Shown here: positions 10,089 through 20,413 of the stretch, piece by piece
Layout: every line of letters starts with the position of its first letter
Position numbering within the stretch: the stretch's first letter is position 1
NCBI GenBank assembly: GCA_963836205.1
Contig: CAWIIV010000019.1
Coordinates: 32,001-96,000, forward strand
Length of the DNA: 64,000 nt
Direction of reading: 5' to 3'
Source: an uncultured Acidimicrobiia bacterium
GTDB lineage: Bacteria > Actinomycetota > Acidimicrobiia > Acidimicrobiales > AC-14
The notes under the pieces: model-generated
The model's database searches: none
What the model was told of the DNA's origin: nothing
Seen by the model: the letters and a program-made list of their open reading frames with translations, nothing else
Program-made: the position numbers and the translations under genes

Positions 10089-11570
10089 TTAGGGCCGGGT
10101 CCGGAAGAAGCTCCCTGCCACCCGGAACGGAACCACGGTCACGTAGAACAGCCACCGCCCCAGCAGCTCACCGGCTGTCACCACGACCAGCGCCGCCCCC
10201 AGCCGCCCGCCCGCGGCCCCCCCCGCCAGGGGCTCGATCAGGGCACCGGCCAGCAGCAGGAGCGCCATCCCGGCCAGGGCCATCCGGCCCTGGAACCGAC
10301 CCCCGAAGCGGTCGAGGAGGAGGAAGGCGGTGCCCTGGTGCTGGCGGTCAGTACGGTGCCGCACCGCCTTCGCCAGGTGGACCTGGACCGCCACCTGGGC
10401 CAGCGTCCCGAAGGCGGCGGCTATCACCAGTCCCACCAGCCAACCGTTGCCCACCCGGGACCGGTCCAGCATGAAATAGGCCAGCAGGGGGCCGGTGGCG
10501 GCGGCGGTGGCGAAGAAGGCGACGGGGGTCCGCCACGAGTTCCACACCGGCCGGGCCGGCACCAGGTAGAGCCGGCCGCTGGCGTAGACCCCCGCCACGC
10601 CGGCCACCACCGCCAGCACGCCGACGACCGGGTTCAACCCGGCTGCGTAGCCCAGCGACAACCCGGAGAACAGCGAGAAGAGGGCGACCTCCCGGCTCAG
10701 CCACGACGTGCGCACGTTGCGCAAAGCCTTCAACGCCCGCGCCGGCTTGCCCAGGTGGAGCAGCGAGGCCCCCAGGGCCACCGCCCCGGCCACGAAGGCG
10801 CCCACCGCCGCGCCCCCCATGACGGCCCGGGTGGCGGCGCCGGCCAGTTGCAGCACGACGGTGGCCGCCACCGTCCCCAGGGAGAGCTGGGTGAGCAGGG
10901 TGAGGGCCACGAGGGGCCAGTGGGCGTCCTCCGGCTCGACCCGGTAGTCGTCGGCCGCGGTCATGGTCGACAGGTCGCCCGGCGGCAGGACGATCCGGGT
11001 GGACGACATGGTGATGGCCACCGGGGGCAGCCCGGGCGCGTCGCCGGCGGAGGGGTCGGCCCGCCAGGCGGCCACGTCGACCGCCTCCAGGCCGATGGCG
11101 AAGGTGGGGCACGACTGCACGCAGGCCGGGGTCTGGCCGGCGTCGATGCGGGGTCGGCACATGTCGCACTTGGAGACGATCTTGCGGGCCTTGTCGTAGA
11201 CCGGCACCTCGTAGGGGCAGTTCCACATGCAGTACTGGCAGCCCACGCACTCGTCGGGGTGGTGGACGACGATCCCGTTGCCGAGCTTCTCGTAGGCCTT
11301 GGTGGGGCAGCCCGACAGGCAGGTGGGGTCGAGGCAGTGGTTGCAGGCCATCGACAGGTTGAAGCGGCGGGTCTGGGGGAAGCTCCCGCTCTCCAGCTCG
11401 CCCACCCGTCGCCAGGCCTCGTCGACCGGCGTCCCGTTCTGCTCGGCGCACGCCACCTCGCACGAATGGCAGCCCACGCACGAGTTCATGTCGAACGTGA
11501 ACCGGTACTGCTCACCGTCCTCCAAGGGCAGGAGGGCCGGGATTCCGAGCGTGGTGAGGCTGAGGGTCAT
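10089..11570 (-). CDS. Fused DmsB-type 4x[4Fe-4S] protein + DmsC/YnfH-type membrane anchor
   Basis: CVGCHSCEVAC, CNHCLDPTCLSGCP, CVGCQYCMWNCP, CDMC..PACVQSCP; then HWPLVALTLLTQ, SLLHLGKP, TSWLSRE, GELLGRWLFY with ~8 TM; ATG overlaps nirD stop. Confidence 0.9.
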   Translation of the reverse strand: MTLSLTTLGIPALLPLEDGEQYRFTFDMNSCVGCHSCEVACAEQNGTPVDEAWRRVGELESGSFPQTRRFNLSMACNHCLDPTCLSGCPTKAYEKLGNGIVVHHPDECVGCQYCMWNCPYEVPVYDKARKIVSKCDMCRPRIDAGQTPACVQSCPTFAIGLEAVDVAAWRADPSAGDAPGLPPVAITMSSTRIVLPPGDLSTMTAADDYRVEPEDAHWPLVALTLLTQLSLGTVAATVVLQLAGAATRAVMGGAAVGAFVAGAVALGASLLHLGKPARALKALRNVRTSWLSREVALFSLFSGLSLGYAAGLNPVVGVLAVVAGVAGVYASGRLYLVPARPVWNSWRTPVAFFATAAATGPLLAYFMLDRSRVGNGWLVGLVIAAAFGTLAQVAVQVHLAKAVRHRTDRQHQGTAFLLLDRFGGRFQGRMALAGMALLLLAGALIEPLAGGAAGGRLGAALVVVTAGELLGRWLFYVTVVPFRVAGSFFRTRP

Positions 11571-11920
11571 GCCGGGTTCGAGACCTCGACCCGGCCGTCG
11601 ACCACCCGGACCCCGAAGACGGGCACCGACACCTCGGCGTCGTCGAGGCACTGGCCGGTTCGGAGGTCGAAGGACTGCTTGTAGATCGGCGACGCCACCT
11701 TCAGCCGCTCGCCCCGGGAGCCCACGATCCCCCGGGACAGGACGAACGCCTGGCTGAAGGGGTCGAAGTTGGACAGGGCGAACACGTCGCCGTCCACCAG
11801 GAACACCGCGACCTGATGTGCTCCCACCAGCGCGGCCACCCCCCGGCCGGGAACGAGGTCGCCGACGGCGCAGACGTCGACCCACACCGTCGTCGAGGAG
11901 GCCGTGCCGGGACCCTTCAC
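11567..11920 (-). CDS. nirD: Nitrite reductase small subunit
   Basis: LVPGRGVAALV, NFDPFSQAFVLSRGIVG, VASPIYKQSFDLRTGQCLDD; GTG overlaps nirB stop. Confidence 0.93.
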   Translation of the reverse strand: MKGPGTASSTTVWVDVCAVGDLVPGRGVAALVGAHQVAVFLVDGDVFALSNFDPFSQAFVLSRGIVGSRGERLKVASPIYKQSFDLRTGQCLDDAEVSVPVFGVRVVDGRVEVSNPA

Positions 11921-14535
11921 CGTCCGCCTGCGGCCAGCAGGGCAGGGTCGGGCTTCTCCTCGCCCGGCCGGGCGGGCCGGGGCTGGCCCCGCTCGGTGAC
12001 GAACACCACGTTGGGGTCGACCTGGTCGGAGTTCACGAACGACCGGAAGCGCTTGACCCGCTCGGGGTCGTCGATGGTGGCCTTCCACTCGCACTCGTAC
12101 GTGGTCACGTGGCGGGCCATCTCCGCCTCCAGTTCGGCGCAGATCCCCAACGCGTCGTCGATCACGACCCGCCGGAGGTGCTCGATGCCGCCCTCCAGCT
12201 TGTTGAACCACACGTTGGTGCGCTCCAGCCGGTCGGCGGTGCGGATGTAGAACATCAGGAAGCGGTCGAGGTACCGGAACACCGTCTCCCGGTCGAGGTC
12301 GGCCGCCAGGAGCACCGCGTGCTGGGGCTTCATGCCGCCGTTGCCGCACACGTAGACGTTCCAGCCCTTCTCGGTGGCGATGACCCCGAAGTCCTTGCCC
12401 TGGGCCTCGGCGCACTCCCGGGTGCAGCCCGACACCGCCGCCTTGAGCTTGTGCGGCGCCCGCAGGCCCCGGTAGCGCAGCTCGAGGTCGATGGCCAGGG
12501 TGACCGAGTCCTGCACGCCGAACCGGCACCAGGTGTTGCCCACGCACGACTTCACCGTGCGCAGGGCCTTGCCGTAGGCGTGGCCCGACTCCATGCCCAC
12601 GTCGACCAGGCGGCGCCAGATGCGCGGGAGCTGGTCGACCCGGGCCCCGAAGAGGTCGATGCGCTGGGCGCCGGTGATCTTGGTGTAGAGCCCGAACTCC
12701 TTGGCCACCTCGCCGATGGTGATGAGCTGGTCGGGGGTGATCTCGCCCCCCGGCACCCGGGGGATCACCGAGTAGGTGCCGTCGCGCTGGAGGTTGGCGA
12801 GGAAGTGGTCGTTGGTGTCCTGGAGGGTGGCCTGCTCACCGTCGAGGATGTAGCCCCCGCCCATCGACGCCAGCATCGACGCCACCGCCGGCTTGCAGAT
12901 CTCGCAGCCCTTGCCCTTGCCGTGGCTGGCGATGAGCTCGGAGTACGACGTGATGCGATGCACCCGGACCAGGTCGAACAGCTCCTGGCGGCTGTAGGCG
13001 AAGTGCTCGCAGAGGTTGTTCGACACCTCCAGGCCCAGCCGCTTCATCTCGAACCGGAGAAGCTCGGTCACGAGCGGCACGCAGCCGCCGCAGCCGGTGC
13101 CGGCCGCGGTGCACTCCTTCATGTCGGAGACGGTGTGGGCGCCGCCGCCGATGGCCCCACAGATGACGCCTTTGTCGACGTTGTTGCACGAGCAGATCAC
13201 GGCCGTGTCGGACAGGCCGCCGACGCCCATGGTGGGCGGACCCGCCCCGGTGCGGGCGGGGAAGATGAGCTCCTCGGGGTGGTCGGGCGTGGGCATGTCG
13301 CCCCGGACCATCTGCACGAGGGTCTGGTAGAGGGTCGCGTCGCCGACGAGCATCCCGCCGATGACGGTGCGCCGCTCCTTGCGGTCGGGCGGCCCCACCA
13401 CCAGCCGCTTGTAGACGTTGGCCAGGGGGTCGCTGTAGGTCACGGCCTCGGCGCCGGGTGAGGTGGCGAAGGCGTCGCCGAAGCTGGCCACGTCGATGCC
13501 GAGGAGCTTGAGCTTGGTCGACATGTCGGCCCCGAGGAACTCGGCGTCGCCCCCCAGGATGCGATCGGCGACCACCCGGGCCATGTGGTAGCCGGGCGCG
13601 ACCAGGCCGTAGATGCGGCGCCGGGCCACGCTTCCGTCGGGGGCGAGGGCGCACTCGCCGATGGCGTAGATCCTGGGGTCGGACGTGCGGCAGGCCTCGT
13701 CGACGATGACGCCGCCCCGCTCCCCCATCCGCAGCCCGGCCGCCTTGGCCAGCTCGTCCCGGGGCCGGATGCCCGCCGAGAAGACGACCATGCCCACCCG
13801 GAGGTCGTCGATCGGACCACCATCCGGTCCGTCGTTGGCGAAGTGCATGCCGTTCACCCGGCCCCGCCGGTCGCGCAGGATCTCCTCCGTCCGCATCCCG
13901 GTGTGGATCGTCACGTCCAGCTCCTCGATGCGCCGTCGGAGGGCGGAGGAACCGGCGTCGTCGACCTGCATGGGCATGAGCCGGTCGGCGAACTCGACCA
14001 CGTGGGTCTCGAGGCCGAGGCAGTGCAGGGCGTTGGCCGCCTCCAGCCCGAGCAGGCCGCCACCGACCACGGCCCCCGCCCGGCAGCCCTTGGCGTACTC
14101 GCGGATCGCCTCCAGGTCGTCGAGGGTGCGGTAGACGAAGCAGCCGGGGGCGTCGTTGCCGGGCAGCGGGGGGACGAACGGGTACGAGCCGGTGGCCAGC
14201 ACGAGGGCGTCGTAGGCGATCTTGATCCCGTTGCGGGACGTGACCGTGGCCGCCTTGGTGTCGATCGACGCCACCGCGTCGCCCACGTGGACGGAGAGGC
14301 CGAAGCGCTCGAAGAACCCGGGCTGGACGAGGGAGAGCTCCTCGGCCGAGGTCCCCGAGAAGAACGAGCTGAGACCGACCCGGTCGTAGGCCAGGCGGCC
14401 TTCCTCGCAGAAGGTGACGATGTCCCACTCGGCGGTGGCGCCCCGGTCGAGGAGGACCTCGAGCAGCTTGTGGCCGACCATGCCGTTGCCGACGACGACG
14501 AGCGTGCGCCGGGGGGAGATCTCGAACGCGTTCAT
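11917..14535 (-). CDS. nirB: NAD(P)H nitrite reductase large subunit
   Basis: VVGNGMVG FAD site, GGGLLGLEAA, CSCNN/GTGCGGC BFD Cys, KSCVGNTWCRFG and SGCTRECAE siroheme/4Fe-4S motifs. Confidence 0.96.
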   Translation of the reverse strand: MNAFEISPRRTLVVVGNGMVGHKLLEVLLDRGATAEWDIVTFCEEGRLAYDRVGLSSFFSGTSAEELSLVQPGFFERFGLSVHVGDAVASIDTKAATVTSRNGIKIAYDALVLATGSYPFVPPLPGNDAPGCFVYRTLDDLEAIREYAKGCRAGAVVGGGLLGLEAANALHCLGLETHVVEFADRLMPMQVDDAGSSALRRRIEELDVTIHTGMRTEEILRDRRGRVNGMHFANDGPDGGPIDDLRVGMVVFSAGIRPRDELAKAAGLRMGERGGVIVDEACRTSDPRIYAIGECALAPDGSVARRRIYGLVAPGYHMARVVADRILGGDAEFLGADMSTKLKLLGIDVASFGDAFATSPGAEAVTYSDPLANVYKRLVVGPPDRKERRTVIGGMLVGDATLYQTLVQMVRGDMPTPDHPEELIFPARTGAGPPTMGVGGLSDTAVICSCNNVDKGVICGAIGGGAHTVSDMKECTAAGTGCGGCVPLVTELLRFEMKRLGLEVSNNLCEHFAYSRQELFDLVRVHRITSYSELIASHGKGKGCEICKPAVASMLASMGGGYILDGEQATLQDTNDHFLANLQRDGTYSVIPRVPGGEITPDQLITIGEVAKEFGLYTKITGAQRIDLFGARVDQLPRIWRRLVDVGMESGHAYGKALRTVKSCVGNTWCRFGVQDSVTLAIDLELRYRGLRAPHKLKAAVSGCTRECAEAQGKDFGVIATEKGWNVYVCGNGGMKPQHAVLLAADLDRETVFRYLDRFLMFYIRTADRLERTNVWFNKLEGGIEHLRRVVIDDALGICAELEAEMARHVTTYECEWKATIDDPERVKRFRSFVNSDQVDPNVVFVTERGQPRPARPGEEKPDPALLAAGGR

Positions 14536-14600
14536 GCCCCGGCCGCGTCAAAGCCCTTGGGATGCATGGGGCCAGTCAACCGGCAACGGGTGTTCGTCGG

Positions 14601-14661
14601 GTTGCGTCCCGGTGACGGGCGCGAGACAAGGTCCTCTCACCGGCCGCGGCGGCGCCGTGAG
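14601..14661 (-). promoter_or_regulatory. GlnR box plus NnaR-like inverted repeat upstream of nirB
   Basis: Minus GTCAC-n6-GCAAC (14601-14616) and CTCAC-N16-GTGAG (14636-14661); same order as at narK. Confidence 0.6.
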
Positions 14662-14674
14662 GCTGGAGGTGGGG

Positions 14675-14890
14675 CTACACCGGCACCAGGTCGACGTGGA
14701 CACCTGCGGCCGCCGCCAACCGGCGGAGGTCGTCCGGGTGCGAGGTGAGCGACTCGAGCTCCGCCTGCCGGCGCATGGCCTCGTTCACCCTGGCGCTCAC
14801 GCTGTCGGCCCGGCCGGCGGCGACTGCCTCCCGGGCGGCGGCCAAGTGCACGGGGTCGACCGAAGCCGTGAGCCGAACCTTCTCCTGCAT
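14675..14890 (-). pseudogene. Probable internally deleted antitoxin-PIN toxin pair fused in frame
   Basis: N-half KVRLTASVDP...AVAAGRADSVSARVNEAMRRQ is antitoxin-like; C-half LTSHPDDLRRLAAAAGVHVDLVPV resembles the end of actinobacterial PIN toxins. Confidence 0.55.
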
Positions 14891-14921
14891 ACGAACAGCG
14901 TACGCCTTGATGACGATCCTC

Positions 14922-15764
14922 CTACTTGGCGGCCGACCGGCCGAGGAGGCCGAGGCGGTGGAGGACGGCCACGCACCGGCGGGCGACGCCCGAGCCCGCG
15001 GCCCGCTTTACCTCCCGGAGCAGGGCGTGGAGCTCCGGGCGCCCGTCCATCACCCATCGCGAGAAGGCACCGGCGTCGCACCAGGCCGCGTCGAGAGGGC
15101 CCAACGGGGGTGCCGACCAGCGTCCCTCGACGGCCTCCCATCGCAAACGCTCCCAGTCGAGCGCCCGGGCCAGGGCCTTGCCGGCGGCGACGGGATCGTC
15201 GGCCCCCTCGATCGGTTCCTCCCCGGCGGCGGCGAGCATCCTCACCGCCGGGTGCATCGCCCTGGCCTCGGCCCACGTGAGCGCTCCCCTGCGCTCCCGG
15301 GCGGCCCCGACCACGCTCTCCAGCCAGATGGCGGCGAAGAGATGCCCGGTGCTGACCTGCGGGGGCGCGGTGGGCAGCCCGAGGGCCCGCTGGAGGCCGT
15401 CGAGGGTGAGTCCGAACGCGGGCGGCTCCCGGTGGACCTCACCAGCTACCCGCAGCCGGCTCACCACCTCGCCCGAGCGGTGGACGAGCAGGGCCAGCGC
15501 GGTTCGCCTCCGGTCGCGGCCGCCGGTGGACATGGCGTCGAGCGGGCGGGCCCAACCGTGCACGGCGACGCCCAGCGCCACCCAGTCGTCGGGGGCCACC
15601 ATGCCCAGGAGAACGTCGGCCGGCGCCTCGCCCACGAGGTCGAGGAAGCCCACGCTCGCACCGTCGGCGGTGGCCACCACGTGGACGAGCAGGTCGTCGT
15701 CGTCCTCTTCCGCGGCACACAACTCGTCGGCCAACTGGCCGAGGAACTCCAGGATCTGCGCCAT
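14922..15764 (-). CDS. Hypothetical protein
   Basis: 280-aa ORF with GC3-biased codons, GAAGG RBS before ATG, globular composition; no motif recognised. Confidence 0.7.
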   Translation of the reverse strand: MAQILEFLGQLADELCAAEEDDDDLLVHVVATADGASVGFLDLVGEAPADVLLGMVAPDDWVALGVAVHGWARPLDAMSTGGRDRRRTALALLVHRSGEVVSRLRVAGEVHREPPAFGLTLDGLQRALGLPTAPPQVSTGHLFAAIWLESVVGAARERRGALTWAEARAMHPAVRMLAAAGEEPIEGADDPVAAGKALARALDWERLRWEAVEGRWSAPPLGPLDAAWCDAGAFSRWVMDGRPELHALLREVKRAAGSGVARRCVAVLHRLGLLGRSAAK

Positions 15765-15946
15765 CGCACTGCCTTCGGTCGTGAGACTCGAAAGGCCGTC
15801 GTCGATCCGACGGCGAGGCACCGGCTGCCCGGGCGCACAGACTCTGGCCCGCCCCTCCGCGGTCGTCAAGAGGCCAGAAGCCAGTCAGGTTGTCTTCACC
15901 GAGCCGATACGGCGAACGTACGGTCCCGTCACGGGGCCGGGGGACT

Positions 15947-17083
15947 ATGTCACCCATGACCCCGATCACCTGTCTGGGGCCACTCGAGGGCTTCGTGGTC
16001 GGCATCACCGCCGACCGGCGATGGGAAGAGCAGGCCGAGCTTCTACGTCGGCGGGGCGCCACCGTCGTCCACGGCCCCTGCATGGACACCCTCTACCTGG
16101 CCGACGACGACGACCTCAGGCGGGCCACTGTCGAGGTCATCGACCGCCCGCCCGACGTGGTGGTGGCCACCACCGGCATCGGTGTGCGGGCGTGGTTGGA
16201 GACGGCCGAGGCCTGGGGCATGGGGCCCGCGCTCATGGCTGCCCTCACCGAGGCCCGCATCCTGGCCCGGGGACCCAAGGCCGCGGGCGTGGTCATCGCC
16301 GCCGGGTTGCCGGTGTGGGCCCGGTCGGAGACCGAGCAGATGGACGACGTGCTGGCCAAGCTCCTGGCCGACGGGGTGGAGGGGCGGCGGATCGCCCTCC
16401 AGGAGTACGGCATGGAGAGCCCCGAGTTCATCGCCGCCCTCGAGGCGGCGGGGGCCACCGTGCTCCGGGTACCGGTGTACCGCTGGCGCTACCCGGCCGA
16501 CACCCGCCCCGCCCTGACCATGATCGACGCCGCCCTCAACGGCCGGGTCGACGCCATCACCTTCACCAGCGCCCCCGCGGTGCGCAACCTGTTCATGATC
16601 GCGGCCGAGCAGAAGGTCGACGACGACCTCCGGCGGGCCTTCAACCACGGCCTCACCGCCGCCTGCGTGGGTCCGGTGTGCGCCCAGGCGGCCAAGGACA
16701 TGGGCGTCGCCGCTCCGATCGAGCCCACGGTGGGTCGATTGGGGCTGCTGGTCCGGGTCTTGAGCGACGAGCTGGCCGCCCGCCGGCAGACGTTCACCGT
16801 CGGGGACAAGGAACTCGTCGTGCAGGGGTCGGCCGTCCAGGCCGACGGGGACAGCTCGACCCTCTCCGGCCGGGAGCGGGCCGTGTTCGAGGCCCTGGCC
16901 GCCCGTCCGGGCGTGGTCGTCGACCGCACGGCGCTGCTGGAGCGGATCTGGGGCTCGCCCGACGTCGACCCCCACCTGCTCGAAGTGGTGGTCGGCCGGC
17001 TGCGGCGCCGGCTCGGACGGTGCTCGGCCGCGGTCGAGGTCACCCGGTCCCGGGGCTACCGTCTGGTGGTCGAGCCCAGGTAG
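15947..17083 (+). CDS. nnaR: HemD-like domain + OmpR-type winged helix regulator (NnaR/NlpR family)
   Basis: GFVVGITADRR, LARGPKAAG, VPVYRW, DAITFTSAPAV, ACVGPV; C-terminal LEVVVGRLRRRLG..RSRGYRL; adjacent to nir/nas cluster. Confidence 0.85.
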   Translation: MSPMTPITCLGPLEGFVVGITADRRWEEQAELLRRRGATVVHGPCMDTLYLADDDDLRRATVEVIDRPPDVVVATTGIGVRAWLETAEAWGMGPALMAALTEARILARGPKAAGVVIAAGLPVWARSETEQMDDVLAKLLADGVEGRRIALQEYGMESPEFIAALEAAGATVLRVPVYRWRYPADTRPALTMIDAALNGRVDAITFTSAPAVRNLFMIAAEQKVDDDLRRAFNHGLTAACVGPVCAQAAKDMGVAAPIEPTVGRLGLLVRVLSDELAARRQTFTVGDKELVVQGSAVQADGDSSTLSGRERAVFEALAARPGVVVDRTALLERIWGSPDVDPHLLEVVVGRLRRRLGRCSAAVEVTRSRGYRLVVEPR

Positions 17084-17110
17084 CCGGGTCGGCCCGGCGG
17101 CTCGCCTCAC

Positions 17111-18094
17111 TCAGTGGATGTGCTTGGACGCCTCCACCGAGAGGTCGTGGGCGACCATCATCTCCACCAGCTCGGGGAAGGCGACCTTGGGCTTCCAGCC
17201 CAGCCGGTCGCGGGCCTTGGACGCGTCGCCGGTGAGGATGTCGACCTCGGCCGGGCGCATGAACCGCGCGTCCTGTTCCACCAGCGGGGTCCAGTCGTCG
17301 ATGCCGACGGCGGCGAAGGCGGCGTCGAGCAGGTCACGGATGGTGTGGGTCTCGCCGGTGGCGATGACGTAGTCGTCGGCCTCGTCCTGCTGGAGCATCA
17401 TCCACATGGCCTCGCAGAAGTCGCCCGCGAAGCCCCAGTCGCGGGCCGCGTCGAGGTTGCCGAGGGCGAGCTTGTCCTGCAGGCCCAGCTTGATGCGGGC
17501 CACGCCGTTGGTGACCTTGCGGGTGACGAACTCAAGGCCGCGGCGGGGGCTTTCGTGGTTGAAGCAGATGCCCGAGCAGGCGTAGAGGCCGTGCGCCTCC
17601 CGGTAGTTCACGGTGATGAAGTGGCCGAACACCTTGGCCACGCCGTAGGGCGAGCGGGGGTGGAACGGGGTGGCCTCTGTCTGGGGGGTCTCCCGCACCT
17701 TGCCGAACATCTCCGACGACGACGCCTGGTAGAAGCGCACCGGATTGCCGGCCCCGCCCACCACCCGGATCGCCTCCAGCATCCGCAGCACGCCCAGGCC
17801 GGTGATGTCGGCGGTGAGCTCGGGCTGGCGGAACGACAGGGCCACGAAGCTGATGGCGCCCAGGTTGTAGACCTCGTCCGGCTGGACGTGCTCGACCGCC
17901 GCGATCAACGACGACAGGTCCTGGAGGTCGCCATCGACCAGTTCCAGCTCCGGGGTCTCCTCCTGCACCATCTGGGCCTTGGGGTTGTTCTGGCCCCGGA
18001 CCAGCCCGAAGACGTCGTAGCCCTTGGCCACCAGCAGCTGGGCCATGTAGCGGCCGTCCTGGCCGGTGATTCCTGTGACGAGAGCGCGAGGCAC
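17111..18094 (-). CDS. gmd: GDP-mannose 4,6-dehydratase
   Basis: [50 protein letters not shown]. Confidence 0.96.
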   Translation of the reverse strand: MPRALVTGITGQDGRYMAQLLVAKGYDVFGLVRGQNNPKAQMVQEETPELELVDGDLQDLSSLIAAVEHVQPDEVYNLGAISFVALSFRQPELTADITGLGVLRMLEAIRVVGGAGNPVRFYQASSSEMFGKVRETPQTEATPFHPRSPYGVAKVFGHFITVNYREAHGLYACSGICFNHESPRRGLEFVTRKVTNGVARIKLGLQDKLALGNLDAARDWGFAGDFCEAMWMMLQQDEADDYVIATGETHTIRDLLDAAFAAVGIDDWTPLVEQDARFMRPAEVDILTGDASKARDRLGWKPKVAFPELVEMMVAHDLSVEASKHIH

Positions 18095-18164
18095 GCCCTG
18101 CAAGGTAGTGCGCCCGGGTGAGTGAGTCGGGAAGGGGGGACCGATCTCGTACCCTGGTGCGACG

Positions 18165-20413
18165 ATGGCCGAAGGGAGCGAGGTGGGCGGTCCGACGGAC
18201 GCGGGACAGTTCGCGCCCCGGCACCTGCCCCCGACCCCACCCCCGCCCCCGCCGAATCGGGCGCCCGCCGACGGCGACTCCGACGGCACCGCGGTCATGC
18301 CGGTGACGAAGGCCCGCGTGATCGCCCGACCTCCCCGCCAGGCCCGGGCCCCCCGCCCGCCGCGCCTGGCCCGGACCCCCTCGCCGCCCGGGTCTGAGGG
18401 GGGCGGGGCCGGCGGCTCCGGCGGCGGGTCGGAAGGCGACGGGTCTGCCCGGTCCGGCCGGTCCGGCCGGCCCGGCGGCGGGCCTGAAGGCGGCGGGTCT
18501 GCCCGGTCCGGCGGCCTGCGGCGGTCCGGCGGGTCCGGCGGGTCTGCCCGGTCCGGCCGGCCCGGCGGCGGGTCTGAAGGCGGCGGGTCTGCCCGGTCCG
18601 GCGGCCTGCGGCGGTCCGGCGGGTCCGGCGGGTCTGCCCGGTCCGGCGGCCTGCGGCGGCGGGCGCTGGTGGGTCTGGGCCTCTTCGGGGTCCTGGTGGG
18701 CGTCGTACTGGTGCTGTGGCTGCTCGACGGCCAGTCCCACAAGGGGGTCGTGGCCCGCAACGTCGTCCTCGTCGATCGCAACATCGGGGGGATGAACCGG
18801 GCCGAGGTGGAGGCCGCCATCACCGACCTGGCCGACCGCTACCGGGCGGCCGACGTCGAGGTCAAGGCGCCCGACGGAGGCTTCCGGGCCACCGCCCCCG
18901 AGCTGGGCATGTCGGTCGACGCCGACCGCACCGCCGACGCCGCCCTCGAGGTCGGCCACCGGGGCTTCCCCCTGGCCCGGATGTGGAACTGGGCGACCGG
19001 CTTCGTGGTCTCCCGGAAGTCGCCCGTCACCCTCGTGGTCGACGAGGGCGCGGTGCGCAGGCTGGTGGCCGAGCGCGACCCCCTCCGGGAGCCGCCGGTG
19101 GAGCCGAACATCACGCTCAAGGACGGCCGCATCGTCGCCGTCGAGGGCAAGCCCGGACGGGGCATCGACCCCGCCACCGTGCTGCGGGCCCTGCGGTCGG
19201 ACGCCGGGCAGCAGTTCCCGCTCCAGGTGTCGGTGCCCCGGCGGTCGGTCCCCCCCAGTACGGCATCGCCGACGCCGAGCGGCTGGCGGCGGAGGCGGAG
19301 GCGCTGGCCATCGGCGAGCTGCCGGTGTCGATCGAGGGTTCCACCGCCACCGTCCCCGCGGCCACCGTCCGCACCTGGCTGCGGGGTATCCCTTCCGACC
19401 AGGGCCTCCGCCTGGGCGTCGACGCCAACGGGGCGGCCGACGCCCTGGCCGAGCTGTTCCCGGAGGCGGGCAAGCCCGCGGTCGACGCCGGGCTGGCGAT
19501 CGTGGGCGGCGAGGTGGTGGTGACACCGGCCGAGACGGGCACCGCCTGCTGCGCACCGGAGGCGGCCACCGCCATCGAGACGGCCCTCCGCACCCGGCGC
19601 CCGGGCGACCCCGCAGTCGTCCTCCCCCTGAAGACGATCCCCGCCACCCGCGACGAGGAGTCGGTGCGCAAACTGGGCGTCAACGAGGTGGTGGGCAGCT
19701 TCACCACCAACCACGCCGCCGGCGAGCCCCGGGTCACCAACATCCACCGCATCGCCGACCTCGTCGAGGGGGCCATCATCGAGCCGGGGGGCACGTTCTC
19801 CCTCAACGACCACGTCGGCCGGCGCACGATCGAGAAGGGGTTCGTGGAGGCACCGGTGATCGATGCCGAGTACAAGTTCTCCAAGGACGTCGGCGGCGGG
19901 GTGTCGCAGTTCTCCACCACCCTGTTCAACGCCGCCTTCTTCGCCGGCCTCGACATCCCCACCTACGGGATGCACGGGATCTACATCTCCCGCTACCCCT
20001 ACGGTCGGGAGGCCACCCTCGACTACCCCAGCCTCGACCTCAAGGTCCGCAACTCCACCCCCTACGGCGTGCTCATCTGGCCCTCGTACAGCGCCACGTC
20101 GATCACCGTCACCCTCTACTCCACCCACACGGTGGAGGGGGAGCAGACGGCCCAGACCACGGAGGACATCCCCACCACCCAGGTCGTCGAGGTGCCCACC
20201 ACCGTCACGACCACCCCACCCGACCCCGACCCCTCCGCCCCCACCACCGAGGCACCGCCCGTCACCGAGCCGCCCCCGCCGCCCGAGCCCAAGTTGTACC
20301 TGTGCACCCGGGTCGTCACCGAGCGCACCCGCACCTACACCGACGGCCGCACGTCGGTCGACAAGTTCTACGCCCTGTACGCGCCCCAGGAGGGCGTGGT
20401 CTGCCCCCGATGA
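18165..20413 (+). CDS. Membrane-anchored VanW family protein with putative PG-binding region; frameshift in C7 run ~19255
   Basis: Single TM helix; [50 protein letters not shown]; P/T-rich insert near C-terminus. Confidence 0.88.
18400..18660 (+). repeat. In-frame nested tandem repeats encoding G/S/R-rich VanW N-terminus
   Basis: Repeated GGCGGGTCTGCCCGGTCCGGC; [23 protein letters not shown] block duplicated. Confidence 0.8.

Noticed and set aside
15947-17083. Plain uroporphyrinogen-III synthase (hemD)
   Set aside because: The C-terminal winged helix and nir/nas context indicate the NnaR-type regulator instead.
18165-20413. Vancomycin resistance locus
   Set aside because: VanW-domain proteins are widespread; no vanHAX or vanRS here.
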